Positions 35,737-45,681 of a stretch of 64,000 nt of DNA are shown here, piece after piece. Below the pieces are notes generated by a model that saw nothing but the letters and a program-made list of their open reading frames with translations, did no database searches and was not told where the DNA came from. The first letter of the stretch is position 1, and each line of letters opens with the position of its first letter. The stretch is from an uncultured virus (IMG/VR IMGVR_UViG_3300006055_000001) (lineage: Duplodnaviria > Heunggongvirae > Uroviricota > Caudoviricetes). The stretch lies in the IMG/VR virus record IMGVR_UViG_3300006055_000001; one strand, written 5' to 3'. Position numbers and translations under genes: made by a program.

Positions 35737-38451
35737 ATGAAGATGTTAAAACGCATGGTCGGGTTTCTCTTTTGCCTGATGATGCTGCCCTCGATGGCGC
35801 ACGCGCAATATCAGCACGCCAGCTTTTTCAATGGCGGAACGTCGCTAACGGCAACCTGCACGAAAACGACCGGGGCACTAACCTCCTCGGATTCTTTTCT
35901 GGGAACGCTTCAAGGCAACACGACGGTCACGCTGCCCGCGGCTTCAATAGGCTGCGTCGATTACGACGTGATTGACCTGCGGGCTACGCAGGGGACTAAC
36001 CAGTCTTATTCTCTGACCGTCAACGCGGGAAGCGGGACCACTAAGGTAGTTCCATCAAATGGCGGTTCTGCGCTTTCCGTTCCCACATCTACTGGCAGTT
36101 CTACCGGGACGGTGCTGCATCAAATTTGGGTCTATAACGTTGTCGCAGGTACGCCGCAATGGGAGCTGGTGACGCAGGAAACGTTGCCCGCTCAGGCGGC
36201 CCCGGCCACGGCGGGCGCGAACAGCAACATCACGTCTCTGACCGGGCTGACGACAGCGCTTCCCGTCTTAGGCGGCGGCACGGGCACAACCACGTCTACC
36301 GGGAATGGATCTGTTGTTCTTTCAAATTCGCCAGCGCTATCAGGCACCCTAACAGCAGGAGCGATCAGCACTGCGGGAACGATCACCGCTCCAAGTATAT
36401 CCGGTTTGAGCACCCCGCTCAGCGTAGTGCAGGGTGGCAACGGCACGGCCTCACCCAGCCTAGTAGCTGGCACAAATACCACGGTCACCGGCACCTGGCC
36501 CGCGCAAGCGGTCAATGCGGTCAGCTCCGCTACCCTGGTAGGCGGCACTTGGGATGCTCAACCGCTTCCGGGAGCGACCCTTACGGCGTCAGTCACGTCG
36601 GGATCGACTGCCTTTACCCTGACCGGCGGAACATGCCGCGTCGGTGAGTACATCAGCGTCAGGGGCGCGAGTGCGAATGTGGTCCCTACGATCGGTTGTA
36701 ACGGCATGGCCAGCTTACCTTATGGTGGCGGGACAATTTATGCGCCGGTTACCACGACTATATTCTCGTGCAGCTCCGGCACCGTGGGCGTTGCGAACGT
36801 AACTTTTAGTCAGACCCTGTCAGCCGCGCCGACGCGCATCGGCGCAGACGTGAGCGCCGCGATCAATTCTACATGCCAGGGCATAGCCTGTGCGTTACCA
36901 CCTAATGGCCAAGGATTTCTTGCGAATGCGATCTCGCTGCACACAAGCAACACTACTGTATACGGACAAAATACCGTCCTGCTGACAGGTTTCATCAATA
37001 ACGCCACTACTTGCAGCAACGCCCAAGATGGTATCGACATTGGAGTTGCGGGCTGCAATGGCGGAACTTGTAGCCATTCCAATCGGGTGTCGAACGTTGT
37101 TATTAGTGACGTGTTGCTTGATTTAGGCGGTTATACCAACATGAATGGTGTGTACGGCCATGATAACGGAATCGCTATAGCATACGGCAGTCGTATCGTC
37201 TTGCAGCACGATACGGTAAGTAATAGTACCAACTTTGGTGAGCTTGCGTATGAAGATTTTGATGACGTTGTGTTTCTTGACGACACCGTCCTCGATGCTT
37301 GGTCTGACGCCTTCCATTTTGATGGTTCTTGGACCGTAGGCTCAGGCGATACCACTACCAATGGTTGGATTGTTAATGGTTACGTCAATGGCTATTACGA
37401 TACCGGCATGGCCGCTATCGGTGGCAGTCTCAGCCCGATGACTGGAATCCATTTCGATCATCCGACGATAATTGCAATGGCCGGGACTGGGGGTGGTACG
37501 GGCCTCCAGTTTGGCGGCAACGTCCAGAACTCGGAGGCGACGGGCGCAATTACGGAACTCTCCGGGCGCGTAGGTCTCCTGATCAATGATTGGTACGGCT
37601 ATGCCCCAAAGCATATCAAGATAGTCGGCGGCAGCTTTGATTATGGAGAGTCGGTCCAGGTCGGCTACGCGTCTAACTCGATCGGCATTCAATCACATGC
37701 GGGCAACTCGGCCTGCCTAGCTGGCACCGGGAATCCTTGGGTCCCTTGTACTGGGGTAGGCACGGGCACCGCTAGTACAACCGGTCAGATTTGGGACATC
37801 ACCCTAGATGGCGTAACGATGAATGCCAGCGCCGGAGCTGCTAGTATGACCCCCATTCCAGCAGCGAGCGGCGGGTATAACTATTGCGACAGTTGTGGCG
37901 TGCTGATTGATGACAACGTCAGCGACGTTCATTTCTTCAATCCGGTCATAGCGGTAACCGGCACCGTTACTAGTTTTTGGGGGTTCGTAGACAATAACGA
38001 TACCGCTGCTGGCTACGGGGTCACCGCAGACCGCAAGAACATCACAGTTGATAATCCGATACTGGATGTTACCAACGCCACCGCAGGCAGCAACGGCTGG
38101 ATAACTACTGGTATGTTTTGGCAAGCCACCCCCTCTAAGTATCCAAGCGACACTTGGTTCTACAGTCATCCGCAGATTTTAGGCACAAGCTCTACGCTCC
38201 CCGTGATATGCCCAATTAGTACTGGAGGAACTCCTTGGACCGAGAACCAGTGTACGGGGGCTTGCGCGGGGCAGTCAACTCTTTCAGGCGGGACCGTAAC
38301 TGTAACCAGCGCGTGCTTCAGGGGATCCACGGACGTGGTTTCCTGTACCGACACCACCGCAGCAGCCGCTGTGAAGTGCGTAGCCAGCTCGGGGTCTTTG
38401 GCGATCACAGGAACCAGCTCAGACGTAATCTCGTGGAACAAGATTCAATAG
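35737..38451 (+). CDS. beta-helix (pectin-lyase-like) adhesin/depolymerase with signal peptide
   Basis: Signal peptide ending AHA; VLGGGTG/VQGGNG fibre motifs; parallel beta-helix-like repeats. Confidence 0.75.
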   Translation: MKMLKRMVGFLFCLMMLPSMAHAQYQHASFFNGGTSLTATCTKTTGALTSSDSFLGTLQGNTTVTLPAASIGCVDYDVIDLRATQGTNQSYSLTVNAGSGTTKVVPSNGGSALSVPTSTGSSTGTVLHQIWVYNVVAGTPQWELVTQETLPAQAAPATAGANSNITSLTGLTTALPVLGGGTGTTTSTGNGSVVLSNSPALSGTLTAGAISTAGTITAPSISGLSTPLSVVQGGNGTASPSLVAGTNTTVTGTWPAQAVNAVSSATLVGGTWDAQPLPGATLTASVTSGSTAFTLTGGTCRVGEYISVRGASANVVPTIGCNGMASLPYGGGTIYAPVTTTIFSCSSGTVGVANVTFSQTLSAAPTRIGADVSAAINSTCQGIACALPPNGQGFLANAISLHTSNTTVYGQNTVLLTGFINNATTCSNAQDGIDIGVAGCNGGTCSHSNRVSNVVISDVLLDLGGYTNMNGVYGHDNGIAIAYGSRIVLQHDTVSNSTNFGELAYEDFDDVVFLDDTVLDAWSDAFHFDGSWTVGSGDTTTNGWIVNGYVNGYYDTGMAAIGGSLSPMTGIHFDHPTIIAMAGTGGGTGLQFGGNVQNSEATGAITELSGRVGLLINDWYGYAPKHIKIVGGSFDYGESVQVGYASNSIGIQSHAGNSACLAGTGNPWVPCTGVGTGTASTTGQIWDITLDGVTMNASAGAASMTPIPAASGGYNYCDSCGVLIDDNVSDVHFFNPVIAVTGTVTSFWGFVDNNDTAAGYGVTADRKNITVDNPILDVTNATAGSNGWITTGMFWQATPSKYPSDTWFYSHPQILGTSSTLPVICPISTGGTPWTENQCTGACAGQSTLSGGTVTVTSACFRGSTDVVSCTDTTAAAAVKCVASSGSLAITGTSSDVISWNKIQ

Positions 38452-38455
38452 TGGG

Positions 38456-40387
38456 GTGCGCAGGGCAGCCAAATATCTCGTAGTCCTTCTGGTCGCGCTC
38501 TTTGTCGTCGGGTCCATGCGAGCATCTGCACAGCAGAGCTTCTTTTTCAATGGTTTCCCCGCAGTCGCAACGCCTACGGCTACAGCTACTGCAACTGCCA
38601 CCGCAACGGCGACAGCAACCAATACTGCCACCGCGACCGCCACCGCGACCGCGACCGGCGGCACGCCGACGCCTACAGCAACCGCGACGGCGACAGCTAC
38701 CGCTACGGCTACTTTAACAGCGACCCCGACTTTGACTGCGACGTTGACCGCAACCCCGACAGCAACAGCGACGCTGACAGCGACACCCACAGCGACAGCG
38801 ACGCCTGGGACTACAGTGGTTTATTGGGCGCCCAATTCCTATAACTACGGAAACGTAGGAGTAGGAGCCGATTCTGTCGTGGGAAATTTCGCTATCGAGA
38901 ACCTCGGCCTTGTCAATACCGCCGTATTTTCCAGTCTGGTACTCTCGGACACGACGGACTACTCCGTAATAGACATAAACTGTGAATTACCCGTACCATT
39001 TATCGTGCTTCCGGAAACCCTTTGTCAAATACAGGTTCAATTTGCGCCGCTATCGGTTGGTACGCTTAACGCTACCTTGACCGTAACTGACAATGCTTCG
39101 TCGGACAGCGTTCCCGTACCGTCAGGCGGCGATCAGGTCATAAACTTGAGCGGCGCCGGAGTTCCGACACCTACAGCTACGGCCACCGCCACGGCCACAC
39201 CAACTGCGACACCTACGCCAATACCGGGGTGCGGAACCTTGGTGCAGAGCGCGTCCGCTGAGATAACGTCCTGCAACACAAGCTTCACGTCTGCTTCATT
39301 TACACCCTCGACCGCCGGCGATCTGCTTGTCGTCAACGTGACGCTGGTAGCCACTGGCGACAACGCAGCAAGTCTTTCAATCAGCGATACGCAGGGAAAT
39401 ACCTGGATACCCCATCCTCAGAACGGCGACGCCAGTGTTTGCTCGGTCGCTAACGCGATCTGCAATGCCCAGTTTGCGACGATCGCCAACGCCGCTACCC
39501 CCGATGTCGTCACCGTGACTATGCTCAATCGGTTCACCGGTTACATCGGATATGCCGCGCTTGGTGGCTCAGGGCAGTGCGGCGGCGATTTTTCGATCGC
39601 CGAGTTCTCAGGGAACGCCGCGTCGGCTGTTTATGAGTCTTCCAGTTGGGAAGGCATAAATTTTGGCTCAGAGCAGCAAACTGGCCTGACCGGCGTTACC
39701 GCAAACAACGCCGAGATCACCGTTGGGATGGTCGGCTTGTCCGAGGGTGGCGGAGCGGGTACGCAAAGTCCGTTAGCCGGTCCGACGCAATACGGCACAG
39801 CGATCGGTTCGGCCGCAACGGTAGTAAATACGGGGGCGGGTTTTATAGCCGGACAGTATGTCGGTTGGGTTAACCAATCGTGGGCGGGTACCGAGGGGCT
39901 ATCATGGGCAACCGCAGTATACGGGGCCTACAACTCAGGCCTGATCGGTTCGTTCTACTGTGCAGGTGAAACGATACCTACGCCGACGCCCACGGCGACG
40001 CTGACGCCGACCGCAACGGCGACTGCGACACCGACGCTGACAGCAACCGCGACGCTATCTGCGACCCCGACGGCGACGCTGTCTGCTACCCCGACATCGA
40101 CACCGACACCGGTATGCGCCGCAGCTTCAGGTTCGGTCACTAAGTTCATGCAGGTGTACAATAAGTGCGCGGCCACGACGAAGGGGCTATCAGCGCATTG
40201 TCCGAAGATGAACCTTTCGGCGCCGTACTTGCAGAGTCAGGACGCCATGCTGCTATTTGAAAAGAATTACAACGTCTGCGCCAGGAATCTTAACGCCCTT
40301 TCGCTGGGGACTTGCCCGATCGTCGGCCCCACGGATTCTACGACAACGTTTATGACAAAGTACAATAGCTGCGTGGGGTCGTTGTGA
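38456..40387 (+). CDS. exported mucin-like protein with Ig-like (ASH-type) domain
   Basis: Signal peptide ending ASA; three TATATP tracts; CQIQVQFAP...ATLTVTDNA...INLSGAG. Confidence 0.75.
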   Translation: MRRAAKYLVVLLVALFVVGSMRASAQQSFFFNGFPAVATPTATATATATATATATNTATATATATATGGTPTPTATATATATATATLTATPTLTATLTATPTATATLTATPTATATPGTTVVYWAPNSYNYGNVGVGADSVVGNFAIENLGLVNTAVFSSLVLSDTTDYSVIDINCELPVPFIVLPETLCQIQVQFAPLSVGTLNATLTVTDNASSDSVPVPSGGDQVINLSGAGVPTPTATATATATPTATPTPIPGCGTLVQSASAEITSCNTSFTSASFTPSTAGDLLVVNVTLVATGDNAASLSISDTQGNTWIPHPQNGDASVCSVANAICNAQFATIANAATPDVVTVTMLNRFTGYIGYAALGGSGQCGGDFSIAEFSGNAASAVYESSSWEGINFGSEQQTGLTGVTANNAEITVGMVGLSEGGGAGTQSPLAGPTQYGTAIGSAATVVNTGAGFIAGQYVGWVNQSWAGTEGLSWATAVYGAYNSGLIGSFYCAGETIPTPTPTATLTPTATATATPTLTATATLSATPTATLSATPTSTPTPVCAAASGSVTKFMQVYNKCAATTKGLSAHCPKMNLSAPYLQSQDAMLLFEKNYNVCARNLNALSLGTCPIVGPTDSTTTFMTKYNSCVGSL

Positions 40388-42162
40388 AAGCTGCCAGTGC
40401 AAACTTGAAAAACCTGCTCGTCGGGCCCAATCAGGCTAACGAGTTGATCATGGCTGATTTGTATATGTTTACGCTGGCCGACTCCACGGCGCTTTACTGG
40501 ACAAGCTTCGACGAGGACATCACCTACGGCGGCAACACGTATCTTTCGTTCCACACCGGCGTTAGCGGCGCGGTAATCCGGCGCGGACCGATCACAGAGC
40601 GCGCAGGTATCGAAACGTCGCCGCTCCAGGTCTACGTCGCGTCGAACGCCCTTATCGATCTAGGGCTGACTGTGCATCAGGCAATCGTCGCAGGATTGTT
40701 TAACGGGGCAACGCTGACGCTCTACCGGGTGTTCTGGAAGGTCAATCCAACGCGCTATGCGCCTCCGTTGAATCCTGATGGCAGCGTGGCGCGCAATTCC
40801 GATGGCAGCTACAACGCGACTGACGCAGTGAACAAGTTTACCGGCTGGGTGTCAACCTGCGAAGTCGGCCGGTCGCTGTGCGTTATCACGGTCGCATCTT
40901 TATTCGAGAAACTTAATATCCCGTTGCCGTGGACAGTGCTGCAGCCGTCCTGCCGCTGGCCGCTGTTCTCGCCGGGTTGCGGCCTGAACGCTGCGGCGTA
41001 TGCGAACACCTGCATCGTCGTACCTGGCAGCACACAGAAGGTCGTCAACCATTCAATCTTCGGCACCTACACCGGCACCTATGCGCCGGGTTATTTCGCG
41101 CTGGGCAAGATCCAATTCACCGGCAACAACATCATTACCGGCAAGCCCGGAGCCAATGACGGTCTTTACCGCACGATCCAGGTGGGTGACATCGCCGGCG
41201 TCACACGCAGCTTTTCGGATCTCGTTCTGGGGCTTTCGCCGATCGGCTACTGGAGACTGGGCGATGCAGCCGGCTTGGGCGTTGCGGAATCGAGCGTTCC
41301 CGGCGGCAATAACGGAACCATCTACGGCGGCGTTACAATGGGCGCGGCGGGCGGACTCACTGGTGACGGATCGACGGCGGCATTATTTGACGGTTCGAGC
41401 GGCTACATCACGCTGCCGATGCCTGTAATACCAGAACCGCCTCCTTCGCTACCCGGTCAGCCTCCTGAGCCGCCGACTGGGCAAACTACTCTTGCAAACG
41501 CCTCGGCAGGCATCAGCTTCAGTTTTCTGTTCAAATTGCTCTCCTCGCCAGCCCCCGTGCAGCCGCTAGGAATCTTCGACACCTCGCCGGGGACGATCAA
41601 TACGCTGCGCAATTACAACCCACCAGGACCGGGACCGGGCTTCGAGTGGCGCAACAACCGGCCGACGGTGCCATTCGCACAGCCGACGCCCGGCGTTTGG
41701 CATCTGGGCTGCGTCGTCTTCCGTGGGCAAAATGTAGTCGATGTCTTCCTCGACGGCGCGTTCGTCTCGTCGATCACCGCTCAAGGTCCGGGCGCAATCG
41801 ATTGGGCGAATCCTATGGTCATTGGCGCGGCGACGCAGCTTAACGGTACGGGATTGATCAGCGGCGGCACGATTGGCTCACTCGGTTGGTTCTCAGGCTA
41901 CCTGCAGGAGTTCGCCGTCTATAACCAGGCGCTCGACGAATCACTCGTCGCCGCGCTTTGGCAGTCGATGCAGACCGCGCCAGCGACGAGCTTCGCCGAG
42001 TTGGTGCTGGTACGGCCCTTGCCGAATATCCCGCAACCGGGCGACACGTTCACCGCCTGGCCTGGGTGCGATAAAATAATGGCAACTTGTAAAAATCGCT
42101 ACAATAATCTAATCAATTTCGGCGGAATGCCTTACGCACCGCAACCAGATAGCGTCATATGA
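40384..42162 (+). CDS. baseplate hub protein (DUF2163/BR0599-like) with LamG insertion
   Basis: ADLYMFTL, CRWPLFSPGC, PGCDK...C..RYNN..NFGGMPY; internal PIGYWRLGD LamG-like domain. Confidence 0.85.
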   Translation: MKAASANLKNLLVGPNQANELIMADLYMFTLADSTALYWTSFDEDITYGGNTYLSFHTGVSGAVIRRGPITERAGIETSPLQVYVASNALIDLGLTVHQAIVAGLFNGATLTLYRVFWKVNPTRYAPPLNPDGSVARNSDGSYNATDAVNKFTGWVSTCEVGRSLCVITVASLFEKLNIPLPWTVLQPSCRWPLFSPGCGLNAAAYANTCIVVPGSTQKVVNHSIFGTYTGTYAPGYFALGKIQFTGNNIITGKPGANDGLYRTIQVGDIAGVTRSFSDLVLGLSPIGYWRLGDAAGLGVAESSVPGGNNGTIYGGVTMGAAGGLTGDGSTAALFDGSSGYITLPMPVIPEPPPSLPGQPPEPPTGQTTLANASAGISFSFLFKLLSSPAPVQPLGIFDTSPGTINTLRNYNPPGPGPGFEWRNNRPTVPFAQPTPGVWHLGCVVFRGQNVVDVFLDGAFVSSITAQGPGAIDWANPMVIGAATQLNGTGLISGGTIGSLGWFSGYLQEFAVYNQALDESLVAALWQSMQTAPATSFAELVLVRPLPNIPQPGDTFTAWPGCDKIMATCKNRYNNLINFGGMPYAPQPDSVI

Positions 42163-42644
42163 GCACAGAAGATCAACGCGTGGCGATCCTCGCTGAAGCC
42201 CGCACCTGGCAGCGCACACCTTGGCGCCACATGGGTCGCATGAAAGGCGCTGGTATAGATTGCTGCATGTACGTTTTGGAAACCTACGAACGCCTTGGTT
42301 ACGTCGTGCATCAGGAGCTGGTCGATATTGAGACGGGACCGAACCAGATCGAAAAGTACCCTCCGGACTTTATGATGCACAATGACAAGGAGCGCATCCT
42401 GCCGATCGTTGAGCGTTGGTGTCATCCGGTCTCCGCGCCGCTCGACGGCGATATTATCTTGTATCGCTACGGCCGCTGCGTGAGCCACGTTGCAATCGCC
42501 GATAAGTGGCCTCGGATCCTGCACGCATATAAGACCGCAGGGATCGTGACCTACGACGACGGCGACCGCGGCGAGATTGGCTACCAGCGCAATGGCGCGT
42601 CGCGGATTTATGGATTTTACTCTGCACTGGGAGCGTCAGTCTAA
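42159..42644 (+). CDS. NlpC/P60 tail-associated peptidase
   Basis: ARTWQRTPWRH, GIDC, HVAI, ILHA. Confidence 0.88.
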   Translation: MSTEDQRVAILAEARTWQRTPWRHMGRMKGAGIDCCMYVLETYERLGYVVHQELVDIETGPNQIEKYPPDFMMHNDKERILPIVERWCHPVSAPLDGDIILYRYGRCVSHVAIADKWPRILHAYKTAGIVTYDDGDRGEIGYQRNGASRIYGFYSALGASV

Positions 42645-45178
42645 TGGGCCTGGGGGGCTCCAGCACCGGCGGCAGCACGCCGACTGTCCACAAGATCAAG
42701 GTCAATTCATCGACCTATGGGACGTGCATTCCGATCGTCTACGGACGCGCCCGCATACCTGCACTGTTCTTTTGGGACGGCGATTTCTATTCGCAAAATT
42801 CAGGTGGCGGTTCGGGAAAGGGGGGGTCCGGAACCGGATCCAGCAATACAATCTATTTCGTTTCCGTGGTGGCCGGGCTTTGCGTCGGAATTGCCAACGG
42901 CTTTGGTCGCGCTTGGAACGGTACTGCGAAAGGTCACCGTCGCGATCATATGGCCAGTCTTTACTGGTCTATGCACACAGGCGCGCTTGGGCAATTGCCG
43001 TGGCCGTACTTAACGACTAAGCACCCGGGTCACGATCTCGGTTATACGGGCATTGCGTATGCCGCGCGCCATGACTGGAACTTAGGTTCGTCGGCTAATT
43101 TGCCCAATATGACATTCGAGGTGTTCGGCCTGCTGAGCACTGTTACAGGCAACAGCACGGCGGGCTATTCCGGAACAGACGCCAACGCGGGCGACATCAT
43201 CGCGGATATCCTGACGAACCAGATTTACGCCTGCGGCCAACCCTCGAGCATCCTCGGTAACGTTTTGACGACATTCAAACAGTACTGTTTGGCCGCTGGC
43301 TACAACCTCAGCCTGGTGCTCGACCAGCAAAAGAAGGCGACCGAATGGATCAAGGACCTTCTTCATATCTGCAACGCCGACGCCGTATGGTCGGGCGGCC
43401 AGCTGAACATCGTTCCGTTCTGTGACGCCGATTCGGCCGGCCTTGACGGGCTGAACGGGTCTACCTTTTCCGCCGAGGCATTCCTGACGCCGGTTTACGA
43501 CCTGACCGACGACGATTATGTGACGCAGGACAAAGCCGGGGCGCCGACGCGGCACCAGTTGACGAGCCCGCAGGATCACGATCCCGTGACAGTAAGCGTC
43601 ACGTCGCCGGCCGATCTCTTCAACGATCTATCGGTCGAGTACGTCAACGCGTCGAACGACTACAATCTCGACGTGGTGCAGGCAACGGACGAAGGCGACA
43701 TCATCGCGCACGGGCTGCGCAAGAGCTCGCCGCTGCAATTCCATCCGGTCACCACGGCCAAGCTTGCGCGGCAAATCGTACAAATTCAGCTTCAGCGGCA
43801 ACTGCATACCCCGAACCAATACCGAATCCGCGTTCCGCAGCGGTACGTCCTGATCGACCCGATGGACGCACTCACGATAACGGATTCCGATTTGGGGCTA
43901 GATCGGTATCCGGTCAGGATCGTTCAAATCGACGAAGAAATGGACGACCAGGGCGGCATGGTGATCGAGGGGACGCTGATAATCACGGCGGAAGATCTCG
44001 GGCCCAACTCTACGCCGGGCTACAACACGCAGCCGCCGGGGCCGTGGGGCGGGCAGGATCCGAATCGGGTTCCGCTGCCGATCAACCCGCCGATAATTTT
44101 CGAGCCCAATCACGCGGCGATGAATACCCTGATAGGCGGCCAGCTTAAGGGTCAGCGCGAGATTTGGATACTGACTTCGGGCAACGAAGGCGATAGCACA
44201 GGCGACTACCAAGGCTGCCAGATTTATATGTCCTCAGATGGTGGTTCGACCTACGAACTTGTCGGTACTCAGAACGCACCGGCGCAGCAAGGAACTTTAA
44301 CCGGGAACCTGGCGACCTACGGGGGGACCAATCCCGATACGGCGCACACGCTTGGCGTCGACCTTAGCGAATCGAACGGCATTGTGTCGTCGGTTCCCAA
44401 CACCCTGGCTGCGAAGAAACATAACCTCGCCTTTGTCGATACGGAGATCGTTGCGTTCACCAACGTCGCCGCTGTGGGCTCTGGTTATCAATATAATCTC
44501 ACGCGCCTATATCGCGGGCTATACAACTCGCAGATCAGCGCGCATTCGGCCGGTACGCTCTTTGGTTTCCTGGGCGCCGTGCACAATTTAGATCCCGGCG
44601 TCTTCCGGCTGCCGATCACGCAGGACATGATCGACGACGCTTCGCCGTTGTATTTCAAGTTTCTGCCCATCAACCCGTCTGGCGATGTCACGATAGATTT
44701 GTCGACCTGCGTCGCTTATACGATTACACCGAAGGGCGAGGGATCGAGCCAGCCTTATCACGTCAAAATAGTCCTTCCGGGGACGGATGGTGTGGCGTTT
44801 ACCGGGCCTCATGATGTCTTCGGCCCAATCAGCTACACAATTCCGCCGGGCGGTGGCCGGATTCACATTGATTGGACCGCACTGCTCACCAACGGAACGC
44901 ACGCACAAAACGCCAGGGGATATGTTTCAGTAACTAACGGCGCGTCTTCTTACAATTGCGCGCATCATCGCACTTGGCTGCCCAGCAGCGCGGAGACACA
45001 CGGTTTCAATGCAAGTGGTCACCCCGCTGCTCGATTTCCAGGCGGCGCCGTTCTTTCAATTTCGCTCATCATTACACCGGCGGGTGGGCATGATCTAACG
45101 GTCAATCCCGTCGACCTCAGTAGTCCCGGAACGGTCGTCACCTTTCTCGACATCCAGTTCCACCCGAGTCCGAACTGA
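42644..45178 (+). CDS. tail tip / host-specificity protein
   Basis: STYGTCIPIVYGRARI, LPNMTFEV, LTRLYRGLYNS; follows NlpC as in GTA-like tail modules. Confidence 0.85.
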   Translation: MGLGGSSTGGSTPTVHKIKVNSSTYGTCIPIVYGRARIPALFFWDGDFYSQNSGGGSGKGGSGTGSSNTIYFVSVVAGLCVGIANGFGRAWNGTAKGHRRDHMASLYWSMHTGALGQLPWPYLTTKHPGHDLGYTGIAYAARHDWNLGSSANLPNMTFEVFGLLSTVTGNSTAGYSGTDANAGDIIADILTNQIYACGQPSSILGNVLTTFKQYCLAAGYNLSLVLDQQKKATEWIKDLLHICNADAVWSGGQLNIVPFCDADSAGLDGLNGSTFSAEAFLTPVYDLTDDDYVTQDKAGAPTRHQLTSPQDHDPVTVSVTSPADLFNDLSVEYVNASNDYNLDVVQATDEGDIIAHGLRKSSPLQFHPVTTAKLARQIVQIQLQRQLHTPNQYRIRVPQRYVLIDPMDALTITDSDLGLDRYPVRIVQIDEEMDDQGGMVIEGTLIITAEDLGPNSTPGYNTQPPGPWGGQDPNRVPLPINPPIIFEPNHAAMNTLIGGQLKGQREIWILTSGNEGDSTGDYQGCQIYMSSDGGSTYELVGTQNAPAQQGTLTGNLATYGGTNPDTAHTLGVDLSESNGIVSSVPNTLAAKKHNLAFVDTEIVAFTNVAAVGSGYQYNLTRLYRGLYNSQISAHSAGTLFGFLGAVHNLDPGVFRLPITQDMIDDASPLYFKFLPINPSGDVTIDLSTCVAYTITPKGEGSSQPYHVKIVLPGTDGVAFTGPHDVFGPISYTIPPGGGRIHIDWTALLTNGTHAQNARGYVSVTNGASSYNCAHHRTWLPSSAETHGFNASGHPAARFPGGAVLSISLIITPAGGHDLTVNPVDLSSPGTVVTFLDIQFHPSPN

Positions 45179-45185
45179 GGCGCAA

Positions 45186-45214
45186 TAGACTCTCAAATCC
45201 TCCCGATTCAGACT
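45186..45214 (+). promoter_or_regulatory. putative late promoter
   Basis: TAGACT-ctcaaatcctcccgatt-CAGACT. Confidence 0.5.
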
Positions 45215-45267
45215 GTAACCTGATGGACTGAAATCTCTGGGCTTTCTTTCGTTGTGGGGGTGCGGCT

Positions 45268-45675
45268 GTGAGGAAGATTCTACCGTTACTTTTGCTGTCG
45301 GTTCTGGTCGCGCTCCCGGCCCAAGCGGGATGCTATTCGACGGGCCAGCATCCGGCGGCGACCGAGGTATCCAACGCGATCACAGCGGGCCCGCAGAAGC
45401 TGATGCTCGCGGCGGCAGTTAACTACGATGCCAGCAACGCGAAGGTCGCGATGATCTTCGACAGCGCCACTGTACCAGGGACCGGAACGATCCCGGTTAT
45501 GGTCGTGCCCCTGGCTGCGGCGGTCAGTGCGACGCAACCGACTCCCGGCAGCTTTTCGGTTCCGGTCAGCGGATGGCAGCTCAGCAAAGGCATTTCCATC
45601 GGCTGCTCGAGCACGGCGCAGACGTACACGGCAGACGGAAGCGCGAACTGCTTTTTCGAAGTTTGCTGGCAGTAG
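45268..45675 (+). CDS. small exported protein
   Basis: Signal peptide ending AQA. Confidence 0.75.
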   Translation: MRKILPLLLLSVLVALPAQAGCYSTGQHPAATEVSNAITAGPQKLMLAAAVNYDASNAKVAMIFDSATVPGTGTIPVMVVPLAAAVSATQPTPGSFSVPVSGWQLSKGISIGCSSTAQTYTADGSANCFFEVCWQ

Positions 45676-45681
45676 ATTAGA

